Notes: generated by a model not told the origin, from the letters alone. A DNA stretch of 64,000 nucleotides from Spirochaetia bacterium (GCA_965140585.1 OZ223264.1:448001-512000); one strand, 5' to 3'; positions 9,499 through 19,856 are shown, counted from the first letter of the stretch. Translations and numbers: made by a program.

Positions 9499-10191
9499 TT
9501 GAAAACCGGTTCGGGAACTTTATATATAATTGCCACACCTATAGGAAATCTCAAGGATATAACACTTAGAGCCCTTGATACATTAAAGGAAGTTGATGTT
9601 ATTGCCTGTGAAGATACCAGGCATACTCTTAAACTGCTCAATAACTATGGCATTAGCAAACAGCTGCTTAGCTGCAGGGCTGCCAATGAAGCAAAGGCTG
9701 CGGAGAAAATAGCGGGAATCCTTGAAGAAGGCAGGAACGTTGCATATGCATCGGATGCGGGTACTCCGGGTTTGAGCGATCCCGGAAGTATTCTTGTAAG
9801 ACATGTCAGGGACTGCGGATTTGATGTAGTTCCCATCCCCGGGGCATCCGCCTTTGCCACCCTCACCAGTGTCGGAGCTTTTCCAGACAAGGGGGTTACA
9901 TTTGAGGGGTTTTTATCACCGAAGCCGGGAAGAAGAAGAAAACGGCTTGCTGAACTCCTTGAAAGATCGGAAGCTTTCATTATTTATGAATCTCCGTTTA
10001 GAATTATAAAGCTTTTAACAGATATTGCCGATCTATCTTCTGACAGGCAGGTTCTTGTAGGCCGGGAAATGACTAAAATTCATGAAGAATTCCTGGAAGG
10101 TCCTGTTAATGAGGTTCTTTCAGTACTGGAAGAGCGGAGCAGCCAGAAAGGAGAATTTTCTGTACTTGTTTCTGGTAAGAAAAAGAGTTAA
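9499..10191 (+). CDS. rsmI: 16S rRNA C1402 2'-O-methyltransferase
   Basis: ATPIGNL.DIT.RA, ACEDTR, SDAGTPGLSDPG, YESP and REMTKIHEE motifs. Confidence 0.96.
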   Translation: MKTGSGTLYIIATPIGNLKDITLRALDTLKEVDVIACEDTRHTLKLLNNYGISKQLLSCRAANEAKAAEKIAGILEEGRNVAYASDAGTPGLSDPGSILVRHVRDCGFDVVPIPGASAFATLTSVGAFPDKGVTFEGFLSPKPGRRRKRLAELLERSEAFIIYESPFRIIKLLTDIADLSSDRQVLVGREMTKIHEEFLEGPVNEVLSVLEERSSQKGEFSVLVSGKKKS

Positions 10192-10215
10192 AATATAGTT
10201 AAGAATTGCCGATAA
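10189..10215 (+). promoter_or_regulatory. Sigma28 (FliA) promoter of flgM
   Basis: Exact TAAA-N15-GCCGATAA consensus. Confidence 0.85.
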
Positions 10216-10239
10216 TTATATCGGAAGGCAGGTTCAGAA

Positions 10240-10524
10240 ATGACAATAGATAGACTGGGACCATTAGATCCGTTATCGAAACTCAATAAGTCAGGAAAAA
10301 CAGGAAAACCGCAGCAGGTTGATTCCAAGGATACCGTCAGTGTTTCTTCTGAAGCAAAGAATATGGGCGAGATCTACAGGGCAACAGAGCTTGCTAAAGC
10401 TGCTCCGGACATCAGAATGGACAGAGTAAATGAAGTAAAGCAGAAGCTTCAGGATCCCAATTATCTCGACAGCAAGGTTGAAGAAGTTGCTGAACGTCTT
10501 ATGGATGCTTTCGGCCTGTCCTGA
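10240..10524 (+). CDS. flgM: Anti-sigma28 factor FlgM
   Basis: DTVSVS, PDIRMDRV..VK......Y motif; size; sigma28 promoter upstream. Confidence 0.88.
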   Translation: MTIDRLGPLDPLSKLNKSGKTGKPQQVDSKDTVSVSSEAKNMGEIYRATELAKAAPDIRMDRVNEVKQKLQDPNYLDSKVEEVAERLMDAFGLS

Positions 10525-10545
10525 TTAAACAATTGAGAGACTTAC

Positions 10546-10583
10546 AGCAGAGAGTGTATCATTGCGCTTTCTGCTTTTTTTTT
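10546..10583 (+). terminator. Intrinsic terminator after flgM
   Basis: AGCAGAGAGTGTA-tcat-TGCGCTTTCTGCT followed by a T run. Confidence 0.8.
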
Positions 10584-10605
10584 CACTTTTTAAAGGAGTG
10601 AGTGC

Positions 10606-11754
10606 ATGCAGCATCTTAATTTCAATGTTCCGGTAAATATCAATATGGGTGAGGGCGTAACCGGAAAAATCGGTATCACGGTTGAAAAGGCGGGCGGACG
10701 CACGCTCATTGTCACGGGTGCTGATGTTATTGAAACCGGTCTTCACAAGCGTATTGAAAAAATGCTTGCGGAACGCGGTGTGGACAGTATTATTTTCAGC
10801 GGGATCGGCCCCGATTCAACCTGCAGTGTTGTTGATTCAATAGTTAAACTTGCTTCAAGCAGCAAGGCAAGGACCGTTCTCGGTATTGGCGGAGTGCGTA
10901 CCATGTCGATTGCCAGAGCAGCGGCCATACTCTCGCCGGCAAAAATCAGGATAGATGATTACCTTGACGGAACCAGAGCCGGTGTTCCTGCACTCCCTTT
11001 TATAGGCATACCTTCAACATGTCGTGATCCTTTCATGTTTAAAGACTCCATGATGCTTACCGACAGCCGGAACAGAAGATGCATGATAGTAGATACTAAC
11101 GGCGTTCTACCCCATGCTGTATTCATTGACCCGACGAATGCGGAAACAATGCCCCCTGCAACTTTTATTTTCACCATTCTCGACACACTTATGTATGCGA
11201 TAGAAGGCTACATGTCGGTCAAAAGCAATTTTCTTTCAGAAAGCCTTTTTCTAAAGGCTGTATCGGCTGTTGTTTCCTCCGAAAAACGGCTAGATGAGAA
11301 TTCTGCTGATAAGGAAGCCTTTGAAAAGGCCGCCAAGGCCGGACTTGTTACTTCCATGGGCCTGTCCATGGCCGGGCCGGGGCTCGGGGCGGCTCTGTCG
11401 ATGATAATTTCAAGCCGTTTCAGAATACCCAGAGCGCTTGTTTCGGCAGTGCTCCTTCCTCATATTCTTGAATACGGGCTGCAGGTTTATCCTGAAAAGG
11501 TGGCTCGTCTTGCTCCGATTCTGAATGAACCTACAGAAGGCCTGAATGTTGTCGAAGCAGCTCAGCGAGTTATTGATACAATCCGTCACAGGGTAGGGCT
11601 CAGACGTGTACCCATGCGCTTCAGTGAATTCGGTGTTACGATGGATGATCTTGGGAATATTGCCGAAACCGTTAAGAGTTTTGACTTTATCACTCAGCTT
11701 CCCGCACCTCTTTCCTCTGACGATATTATCGGAATTCTGAAAAACGGACTCTGA
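10606..11754 (+). CDS. Iron-containing alcohol dehydrogenase-fold protein (metal ligands degenerate)
   Basis: Fe-ADH architecture (IPST, P.AVFIDP, AIEGY.S) but His ligands and GGGS motif not evident. Confidence 0.8.
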   Translation: MQHLNFNVPVNINMGEGVTGKIGITVEKAGGRTLIVTGADVIETGLHKRIEKMLAERGVDSIIFSGIGPDSTCSVVDSIVKLASSSKARTVLGIGGVRTMSIARAAAILSPAKIRIDDYLDGTRAGVPALPFIGIPSTCRDPFMFKDSMMLTDSRNRRCMIVDTNGVLPHAVFIDPTNAETMPPATFIFTILDTLMYAIEGYMSVKSNFLSESLFLKAVSAVVSSEKRLDENSADKEAFEKAAKAGLVTSMGLSMAGPGLGAALSMIISSRFRIPRALVSAVLLPHILEYGLQVYPEKVARLAPILNEPTEGLNVVEAAQRVIDTIRHRVGLRRVPMRFSEFGVTMDDLGNIAETVKSFDFITQLPAPLSSDDIIGILKNGL

Positions 11755-11759
11755 TATTT

Positions 11760-12614
11760 ATGATTACGCTTAGAAAACTAGCCTCATTAAAGCCAGGAAC
11801 ACGGCTGCGCAAGATTATTGTTCTTCTGCAGGGCTTTGAAAAAGAGCTTGGTGAAGGCAGTTTCTCTGATGTCCTGTATTTCCGGGGAATGCTTCAGCAG
11901 CTGCTGGGCACTGTAGACTCACCGGAAATCAGTTTTGAATCAGGCGGCCCTCGGCGGGTTAAAGCCGCCGTGGAGGCTCTGCTTTCCGATATTGACGATG
12001 CTGATCTTCCGGTTCTGCAGAGACGGATAAACAGCCTCAGGCATCAGCTGCTGCTTGAAACCGGCAATTCTGCTGCAGACTGGGACCTTTTAGTGCCCAA
12101 TATGCCGGACCCAATAAAACTTCTGCCTGTCGAAGGGGCGCAGAAGCCTTGTCCGCCATCTGCCGGCCCGGGAGTCGAAATATTTCTCGATGATATACGC
12201 TCCCCGTTTAACCTCGGAGCCATTTTCCGAACTGCCGAGGCTCTAGGTGCTTCATGCATTATCCTCTCTCCTGACTGTCCTGATCCGGCTCATCCCAGGG
12301 CCAGCCGGACATCAATGGGAACTGTAGACCGTATACCCTGGAAGCGCATGCCCATAGAGGAGGCGGCAGAGGGTAAAAACGTCTTTGCTCTCGAACTCGG
12401 CGGAACATCCATTGAAAGTTTCAACTTTCCTGATAAGGGACTTGCGATTATCGGTTCAGAGGAGTTGGGAATCAGTCCAGCCGCACGGGAACTTGCCGGT
12501 AAAAGTCTGGGGCTTGTAACAATTCCGATGTACGGAACAAAGGGCTCGCTTAATGCGGCTGTCTCATTCGGGATACTCATGCAGCGATGGTCTGAAAACC
12601 TCCATATCAGCTGA
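11760..12614 (+). CDS. TrmH/SpoU-family RNA methyltransferase
   Basis: LDDIRSPFNLGAIFRTA, IGSEELG and SLNAAVS SPOUT motifs. Confidence 0.9.
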   Translation: MITLRKLASLKPGTRLRKIIVLLQGFEKELGEGSFSDVLYFRGMLQQLLGTVDSPEISFESGGPRRVKAAVEALLSDIDDADLPVLQRRINSLRHQLLLETGNSAADWDLLVPNMPDPIKLLPVEGAQKPCPPSAGPGVEIFLDDIRSPFNLGAIFRTAEALGASCIILSPDCPDPAHPRASRTSMGTVDRIPWKRMPIEEAAEGKNVFALELGGTSIESFNFPDKGLAIIGSEELGISPAARELAGKSLGLVTIPMYGTKGSLNAAVSFGILMQRWSENLHIS

Positions 12615-12654
12615 GAAGAATTTTATTCTGTATTTAATTGTTTACCAGTCTTTA

Positions 12655-14139
12655 TCAGTCCGGACTGTTTGCCCTGTCGGCATTGAAGGCAGCCGAGAGC
12701 CGCTGCTGTATTGCAACAAGCTGATCTTCAGAATGAATGCCGAACTCAGACATGATCTGCGGGTCTATCTGTTCAAATGTGATTTCACCTGTTTCAAGAT
12801 TACTCATTGAATTTGCAAGATAAACCGTATTAACTACATCGTTGGTGGCCCGTGGTGCCTGATTAGGTTCGTGATGGTATTTGATTGCATCAACTAGCGA
12901 TTCGGGGAAATTCCATTTTTCAGCAATCATACCGCCGATTTTAGCGTGGTTGAGACCTGCAGAGAGCTCTTCCATGATATCGCTCTGGAATTCCTTCTCT
13001 GAGCAGAACCTTGAGATTTTCTCAAGCAGGTTCGGATGAACGCTTGAAAATATGATTTTACCGATGTCGTGAAGTATTCCTCCGACGTAGGCATCATCAA
13101 GCAGCTCCTTCTTTCTTTTGAAGTTCTTTGCAAGGTTGTAGGAGTAGAAGGCAACTCTGTATGAATGATCCCACAGGCTCTTCTGATCGGTTTTAAGTAC
13201 TTTCTGTGTTCCATATGAGAACAGCATGTTTCTTATACCCCGGAGTCCTACCAGTTTGACTGCTTCAACTATATTATCTACCTTTTTAGGAAGCATGAAC
13301 TGGGCTGAGTTTACCACCTTCAGAAGGTCGGCAGTAAGCGAGGGGTCCATACTTATCTGTCTTGCTATGTCTGTAAGTTCCGATTCAGGATCATTAATCA
13401 GCTTCTGTATGAAAACGACATTCTCGGGGAACTGAGGGAGATCTTCAATTTCATCAACAACTTCCTGTGCAAGCTGGTTGAGGTTTTCAAGATGCACGTT
13501 GGCAAAGGGGATGGTTATTCTTGCGACTGTTTCATCGCCTTCAACATCGATATCAAATGCATCCTCATCCAGTCCGATCTTTTTCAGCATCAGTACCAGA
13601 ATAACAATCCCGAGTCCGGCGCCTTCCGAGTCATCCAGTACCGAGGACAGGGCTTCTTCCATTGACTCGAATGCGCGTGAACGTGCTATGCGGTCGTAGA
13701 CTCTCATCTGTTCCTTCTGGGATATCAGCGCATTGTTTTTGATGGATATTGAAAATGAATCACCCTTTGAGTGAAAAACTATCTTGATATACAGGCCCGC
13801 ATCTTTCTGTTTTTCGAGCCAGTAGTTAATGTTGTCGAGTGTTTCCTGTTTGAAGGTTTTCATACCTACCGAGTAATCTTCGGAGTCATTGATGTCGAGA
13901 TTTTTTTCAGAGAAATAGACACGCTTGGTGTTTGCTTTCTTCGCATTTACGGCAAGCTCTCTTAGGCAGTATGATATTCTGTCTTTCAGGGCTCCCTGTC
14001 CGAATTTTTCAAGGTATACTCCAAGAATTTCTTCCATGTACATCTCGGTTTCATGGGGCAGGGTATAGCTTTTGATCGTGACTGGAATTGAAGAAACTAT
14101 TGCTCGATTAATCTGGGCTGCGTCTACTTTTTTCGGCAT
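12655..14139 (-). CDS. HATPase-like plus HDOD domain signalling protein
   Basis: ELAVNA / GAGLG boxes at the N-terminus; LPQFP..DPSLTA.LLKVVNS, LWDHS, LHDIGK and HH HDOD motifs. Confidence 0.87.
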   Translation of the reverse strand: MPKKVDAAQINRAIVSSIPVTIKSYTLPHETEMYMEEILGVYLEKFGQGALKDRISYCLRELAVNAKKANTKRVYFSEKNLDINDSEDYSVGMKTFKQETLDNINYWLEKQKDAGLYIKIVFHSKGDSFSISIKNNALISQKEQMRVYDRIARSRAFESMEEALSSVLDDSEGAGLGIVILVLMLKKIGLDEDAFDIDVEGDETVARITIPFANVHLENLNQLAQEVVDEIEDLPQFPENVVFIQKLINDPESELTDIARQISMDPSLTADLLKVVNSAQFMLPKKVDNIVEAVKLVGLRGIRNMLFSYGTQKVLKTDQKSLWDHSYRVAFYSYNLAKNFKRKKELLDDAYVGGILHDIGKIIFSSVHPNLLEKISRFCSEKEFQSDIMEELSAGLNHAKIGGMIAEKWNFPESLVDAIKYHHEPNQAPRATNDVVNTVYLANSMSNLETGEITFEQIDPQIMSEFGIHSEDQLVAIQQRLSAAFNADRANSPD

Positions 14140-14295
14140 TTGGACTCCAACAGGTAATTAGAAATTTATCACAGACAAGTATAGTTTTCGTTGCTGTTAT
14201 ATGTCAATACAAAAATCGGGCCTATCCTTTAGTAAAGTCCGGGTTTATAATTATTACTGTTGAAATAATATAATAACGTCATTCAGGGGATTTGT

Positions 14296-15825
14296 ATGGG
14301 GAAATACATTCTTGCGCATGATCTTGGAACTTCAGGAAACAAGGCTGCGCTTTTTGATGATGAGGGAAAGCTGGTATGCAGCCGGACTTCCGCCTATAAA
14401 ACGGTCTATCTCAGCGGCAACAGGGCCGAGCAGTCTCCTGATGACTGGTGGAATGCTGTCTGCAGTTCATCTGCAGAAGTCCTTTCGGAAATTGATTCAT
14501 CGGCACTTGCCGCAGTGTCATTCAGTGGACAGATGATGGCCTGTCTTTGTGTTGACAGGCAGGGAAGGCCGCTGCATGATGCACTTATATACAGTGATCA
14601 GCGGAGCACAAAACAGGAGCAGGAGCTGATTGATATTTTCGGGATGGATGGGATCTACCGGATTACCGGCAACCGTCCCAGTTCTACATATACTCTGCCT
14701 AAGCTTATATGGATAAGGGAAAACCGTCCTGAGATATATTCCGAAACCTTTAAGGTCCTACAGGCCAAGGATTATATAAACTACAGGCTTACAGGCACCT
14801 ATTTTACCGATTATAACGATGCATCGGGAACCAATGCCTTTGACCTGAATAAACTCTGCTGGTCGGAGGATATCTTTGAAAAAACGGGTATCCCGCTATC
14901 CCTGTTTCCCGAAGCTGTGTCTTCAACCCATGTTACGGGAACTGTGAGTGCCGCGGCCTCTGCTGCAACAGGGATTCCCGAAGGTGTTCCGGTAGTAATC
15001 GGAGCAGGTGACGGCGGCTGCGCTACACTGGGAGCAGGTTCTGTCTCTCCGGGCAGGCCGTACTGCAACATGGGATCCACTGCCTGGGTTTCAGCTACTA
15101 CTGAAAAGCCGCTGGATGATCCACAGATGAGGGCGTTCACTTTTGCCCATCCGGTTGAGGGCTTGTACCAGCCCTGTGCAACAATGCAGTCGGCCGGTAC
15201 GGCATTCAGCTGGTTCAGCAGCATTATCAGCGGTAAGGCAGATGCTGAATCTCTGAATAAGATTAACGGTGAAGTTCTCTCCTCTCCGCCCGGGGCAAAC
15301 GGGGTTATCTTCCTTCCGTATCTGATTGGTGAGCGTTCACCATGGTGGAATTCCTCTGCTAAGGGAGAGTTTCTGGGGATGAATCTGAATACAAGCCGCG
15401 GTGATATGGGCAGGGCTGTAGTTGAGGGTATAGCCATGAATCTGAACCTTTCGCTTTCACTGATGACTGCTGTTTTCGGAAAAGGATTATCTGCAGAAGG
15501 GGCGGAACCTGTAATGTTTATGGGCGGAGGAGCCAGGAGTGAGGTCTGGCGGAGGATTTTTGCCGATGTATTCGGACGGAATCTAACGATTCCAGAGCTG
15601 CTGCTTGAGGCAACCAGCATGGGGGCCGCACTTCTCGGCGGAGTGGGTACCGGGGTTTATGGTGATTTCAGTATGGCGGAAAAGATGAACCCGGTTGCAG
15701 AACTTGTAGAGACCGACAGCAGCCTTAGAATACTTTACACTGAACTCTCGGATATTCTGGTAAAATCATACAAGGCTGTTGAACCGCTGTTTCAGGACTT
15801 TGATAATTTCAGAGACCGGTTTTAG
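14296..15825 (+). CDS. FGGY-family sugar kinase (xylulokinase-like)
   Basis: HDLGTSGNK, SGQM, DASGT, LPYLIGERSP and GGGARS motifs. Confidence 0.9.
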   Translation: MGKYILAHDLGTSGNKAALFDDEGKLVCSRTSAYKTVYLSGNRAEQSPDDWWNAVCSSSAEVLSEIDSSALAAVSFSGQMMACLCVDRQGRPLHDALIYSDQRSTKQEQELIDIFGMDGIYRITGNRPSSTYTLPKLIWIRENRPEIYSETFKVLQAKDYINYRLTGTYFTDYNDASGTNAFDLNKLCWSEDIFEKTGIPLSLFPEAVSSTHVTGTVSAAASAATGIPEGVPVVIGAGDGGCATLGAGSVSPGRPYCNMGSTAWVSATTEKPLDDPQMRAFTFAHPVEGLYQPCATMQSAGTAFSWFSSIISGKADAESLNKINGEVLSSPPGANGVIFLPYLIGERSPWWNSSAKGEFLGMNLNTSRGDMGRAVVEGIAMNLNLSLSLMTAVFGKGLSAEGAEPVMFMGGGARSEVWRRIFADVFGRNLTIPELLLEATSMGAALLGGVGTGVYGDFSMAEKMNPVAELVETDSSLRILYTELSDILVKSYKAVEPLFQDFDNFRDRF

Positions 15826-17549
15826 TTGCCGAAGTTTTTTGCCTGCATTGCAATCTGCTTAAGTTTTTTCTCAACCAGAGAGTTGAATGTTCCGGCGGGA
15901 AAGATTCCTCTGGCGTTTCTCTTTCCTGCAGTCATCCCGGTAAGGATTTCAATACTGTCATCAACTGTCTCTACCGGGTAAATGTGAAACTTCTCATTTT
16001 CAATATCATCCAGTATTTCATCGGGTAGGATGATGTTCTTTATGTTCTTCTCGGGAACAATAACGCCCTGGTTTCCTGTAAAATTGATTGTGCGGCAGAC
16101 CTTGTAGAAGCCTTCAATTTTTTCGCGCAGGCCTCCGACCGCCTGGATTTCCCCGGTCTGGCTGAGGCTTCCGGTCACAGCAATATCCTGCCTAAGCGGT
16201 ACTCCTGTAATCGCGGAGAGCAGGGCATAGAGTTCGGATGACGAAGCAGAGTCTCCGTCAATTTCGCTGTAAGACTGTTCAAAACAGAGGCTTGCAAATA
16301 TTGAAATCGGAAAATCACGTGCAAAGCTGCCGCGTAGAAATCCTTCCAGTATAAGCACCCACTTGTCATGAATCTCACCCGAAAGTCCTGCCTCGTGCTC
16401 TATATTGACAAGACCGCTTTCGCCCGGGGCAATCCTTGCCGAAATCAGTCCGGGGATTCCGAACGAATAGGGACCCTTATCCAGAATCGCCAGACCGTTA
16501 ACCTTGCCGACTTCGCTGCCGTCGACTTTCAGGTTCAGCTCTCCGCATTTGATGTCTTCAAGAATTCTGCGTTCAAGGAGGTTGTACCTGCCGGAGACCG
16601 CCGAAAGTGTCTTCTTAATGCTGTCCGCGTCTATTTCCCCGGATCCGGAAAAACGTTCGGAAGCTTCGGTTATCACCGGCAGGATCTCATTTATAGATGT
16701 GCTGAGCTTGTCCCTGTTTTCTGCCAGTGAAATACTGTGTTTCACAAGTTCCAGTGCGGCGCTGTCTGAAAGGCTTTTACCGCAGATGTTTTCAGCGTGA
16801 TTTCTAAAAATATTTACCGACATTTCAAGGTTGACTTCGTTGAGCGGAATAATTGCGTCAGTCTCTACAAAAAACTGAAAACTGTCGCGGAAATCCTCAT
16901 CTGTAGCATAAAACAGGTCGAACTGATTTTCGGTACCGATTATGATAATTTTCAGATCTGCATAAAAAGGGATAACGTCAAAGGTCCCTGCTTCGGGAAA
17001 GCCCTCTGAGGTTTTAGGGCTGACCGGTTCAATCATTCCGGTTCTGAGAGTTCTTTTGAGAAGGTCCCAGCTTTCTTCTTCGGCAATAAGATCGTCAGCT
17101 CTAAGGATCAGAACCCCTCCGCTTGATTTATGCAGTGAACCGGGTCTGATGTCCTGGATATTCTTTGCTGTAGTGCCGAACAGCCTTGCAGGCGTCGGGT
17201 GGTTTTCGGTCACAGCCGGAAACGATTTACTGTCTGTCTTGTCGGCGATTATTTCAGCTTCAGTTTCGTTCATTTTATGTACACGATATACCGGTGCCTG
17301 CCTGCTGAAGTTTCCCTCTGCTTTGATACTGTTCACCACTTCTACAACTGATTCGTATTTCTGACTTCCGGGGGGGCCGCAGACGAATATATTATATTCC
17401 TTTCCCCTTATACGCAGACCTGCCTCAAGTTCGCTGCGATAGGATTCATCCATCATTACTCTGAGGTTTTTATCGGTCTTTACAGCTTTTATATTTTCTT
17501 CTGTAACTGATGTACAGATATCGGTTTTCAGTAGTTTTCGGGTTTTCAT
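15822..17549 (-). CDS. Lon-like S16 protease with degenerate AAA region
   Basis: DGDSAS (Ser) and GGLREK (Lys) dyad; GSLHKSSGGVLIL; Walker A degenerate (GPPGSQK). Confidence 0.88.
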   Translation of the reverse strand: MKTRKLLKTDICTSVTEENIKAVKTDKNLRVMMDESYRSELEAGLRIRGKEYNIFVCGPPGSQKYESVVEVVNSIKAEGNFSRQAPVYRVHKMNETEAEIIADKTDSKSFPAVTENHPTPARLFGTTAKNIQDIRPGSLHKSSGGVLILRADDLIAEEESWDLLKRTLRTGMIEPVSPKTSEGFPEAGTFDVIPFYADLKIIIIGTENQFDLFYATDEDFRDSFQFFVETDAIIPLNEVNLEMSVNIFRNHAENICGKSLSDSAALELVKHSISLAENRDKLSTSINEILPVITEASERFSGSGEIDADSIKKTLSAVSGRYNLLERRILEDIKCGELNLKVDGSEVGKVNGLAILDKGPYSFGIPGLISARIAPGESGLVNIEHEAGLSGEIHDKWVLILEGFLRGSFARDFPISIFASLCFEQSYSEIDGDSASSSELYALLSAITGVPLRQDIAVTGSLSQTGEIQAVGGLREKIEGFYKVCRTINFTGNQGVIVPEKNIKNIILPDEILDDIENEKFHIYPVETVDDSIEILTGMTAGKRNARGIFPAGTFNSLVEKKLKQIAMQAKNFGN

Positions 17550-17603
17550 CAGAGAAAGATACTACTATAATCTTGTGAAAGTATCTATACAGCAGAGGAT
17601 GGC

Positions 17604-18974
17604 ATGAACACAGCGGACAGATATATATCAGCATATATAAATAGGGCGAATACTGCCCGGAAACAAATAGAATCCTGGAGTCAGGAGAAGATAGATGAGG
17701 CGGTTATGGTCATCGGCAGGGTGGTCTACGATAACGCAGAAGATCTGGCGGTTATGGCTGTTGAAGAAACAGAAATGGGCAGAGTTGATCATAAAACTGC
17801 AAAAAACAGGGGCAAGGCCGGAATTATATGGAACAGCCTCAGAGGCGAGAAGTCACGCGGTATTATCAGCAGGGATGAGAAACGCGGTATTGTCGAGATA
17901 GCGAAACCGGTCGGGATTGTTGCGGCTGTTACACCTTGTACTAATCCTGTTGTAACGCCGATGTGCAATGCTATGTTTGCAGTAAAGGGCGGTAATGCGA
18001 TAATCTTTACTCCGCATCACAGGGCTATAAAGACCAGTACAAGAACAGTTGAACTGATAAATAGTGAACTGCAAAAACTCGGCGCACCCGACAACCTTAT
18101 TCAGATTCTCGATCAGCACTCCAGGGAAAATACCCGTGAATTGATGGCGTCGGCAGATGTTGTTGTTGCTACCGGAGGCTCCGGAATGGTCAAGGCCGCC
18201 TATTCAAGCGGTAAGCCTGCCTTTGGTGTCGGTGCCGGAAATGTTCAGTGTATAATTGACAGGGATATTGATTTTAAAGAGGCGGCGGTTAAAATCCGGG
18301 ACGGAAGAAGTTTTGATAACGGCATTATATGTTCAGGAGAGCAGTCCGTAATAGTACACCACGACGATCTTGATTCGGTAATTTCAGCATTCAGAAGTGC
18401 CGGCTGCTGGTATACTGATTCTGAAGCGGAGGTTGATGCCTTCAGAAAATCTGTTTTTCCTGCAGGTCATATGAATCCTGCGCTGGTTGGTAAACCGGCG
18501 GCGGCTGTTGCTGCTCATGCGGGAGTGGAAATTCCGGAAGGAACACAGGTTATTCTGCTGAAGGCTGACGGCAGTGGTGGGGCCGATAATCTTTCAAAGG
18601 AAAAAATGTGCCCTGTTCTGTCTGTATATACATATACCGATTCCAATGAAGCCCTGGATATCGCAGAAGCCAATCTCAATCTTGAAGGTGCGGGTCACTC
18701 GGTATGCATCCATTCTAAAAACAGGGAATTTATTGAGCTATCCGCGCTCAGACTTCCGGCGAGTAGATTTGTTATCAATCAGCCTTCATCAACAAGTGCC
18801 GGAGGCAGCTTTTTCAACGGGTTCACGCCCACTACAACACTGGGCTGCGGTTCATGGGGTAATAACAGCATTTCCGAGAATCTTTCATTCCGGCATTTGA
18901 TAAATATATCAAGAATCGGATATTTTATGAAAAATAAATCTGTACCTGATACAGAAGAATTGTGGAGGCAGTAG
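17604..18974 (+). CDS. CoA-acylating aldehyde dehydrogenase (succinate-semialdehyde dehydrogenase-like)
   Basis: PCTNP, ATGG, GVGAGN, FDNGIICSGEQ and TLGCGSWG motifs. Confidence 0.88.
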   Translation: MNTADRYISAYINRANTARKQIESWSQEKIDEAVMVIGRVVYDNAEDLAVMAVEETEMGRVDHKTAKNRGKAGIIWNSLRGEKSRGIISRDEKRGIVEIAKPVGIVAAVTPCTNPVVTPMCNAMFAVKGGNAIIFTPHHRAIKTSTRTVELINSELQKLGAPDNLIQILDQHSRENTRELMASADVVVATGGSGMVKAAYSSGKPAFGVGAGNVQCIIDRDIDFKEAAVKIRDGRSFDNGIICSGEQSVIVHHDDLDSVISAFRSAGCWYTDSEAEVDAFRKSVFPAGHMNPALVGKPAAAVAAHAGVEIPEGTQVILLKADGSGGADNLSKEKMCPVLSVYTYTDSNEALDIAEANLNLEGAGHSVCIHSKNREFIELSALRLPASRFVINQPSSTSAGGSFFNGFTPTTTLGCGSWGNNSISENLSFRHLINISRIGYFMKNKSVPDTEELWRQ

Positions 18975-19751
18975 ATGACGCTTGCTGAACTTGACCGGTA
19001 TTTTAGGGATAATCTGAAGATTGAAGAAGTAGGATCGAGGGATATTTCGCTCAACGGCATTCAGGTTACCTCCGGTACCGGAGAGCCGGAGAATGCTGAA
19101 ATTAAAAAGGCTGCATTTGCTGTCGATGCCTGTATGGAAAGCTTTGAACGCGCTGCCGCACAGGGCGCGGATATGCTTTTTGTTCACCACGGACTTTTCT
19201 GGGGAAGGCCGGAAGCTCTTACAGGTTCTCACTATAAAAGACTGAAATTTCTTATTGAAAATAATATGGCACTTTATGCGGCACATCTGCCTCTTGATAT
19301 GCATCCGGAGTTCGGCAACAATGCCGGAATCTGTGTGGCTCTGGGTGCAGCAAATGTCGAACCCTTCGGTGAGTACAAGGGCATGATGATCGGGTTTTCA
19401 GGTGAACTGAAGCAGGAGGCTGATCTTGATTCTGTACTATCAATGATGGGCCTTACCCGGGAAAGCTGTCTTTCAGTACTGCCCTTCGGTCCGGCAAAAA
19501 TTAAAACCTTCGCGGTGATTTCAGGCGGAGGCACAGATGATGTTTTTGAAGCAATGGATATGGGCGCTGATCTCTATATCACCGGTGATGCCTCACACAC
19601 TGTATATCACCCCTGTCTTGAACGCGGAATCAACCTCGTAAGCGGTGGCCATTACAATACAGAAACCTGGGGTGTTAGGCTTCTTGCCGAGCGCTGTGCG
19701 GCCGACACAGGAATTGAAACTTTCTTCATCGATGTTCCGACCGGACTCTAA
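18975..19751 (+). CDS. Nif3-like dinuclear metal-centre protein
   Basis: NGIQV, VHHGLFW, HLPLD.HPE.GNN and GHYNTE motifs. Confidence 0.93.
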   Translation: MTLAELDRYFRDNLKIEEVGSRDISLNGIQVTSGTGEPENAEIKKAAFAVDACMESFERAAAQGADMLFVHHGLFWGRPEALTGSHYKRLKFLIENNMALYAAHLPLDMHPEFGNNAGICVALGAANVEPFGEYKGMMIGFSGELKQEADLDSVLSMMGLTRESCLSVLPFGPAKIKTFAVISGGGTDDVFEAMDMGADLYITGDASHTVYHPCLERGINLVSGGHYNTETWGVRLLAERCAADTGIETFFIDVPTGL

Positions 19752-19856
19752 ACGAAGTTCAGAGTCCCTCTCTGCTCGCACATAAATTGATTTGTGTCCG
19801 GAAATATATATACTTAAATTCTATAAGTCTGTATTTGTATTTTCCGGAGGTCGGGT

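Noticed and set aside
14811-15620. 269-aa antisense ORF and the many other short nested ORFs in the track
   Set aside because: Antisense or alternate-frame shadows of well-supported genes, with Ser/Pro-biased composition and no motifs
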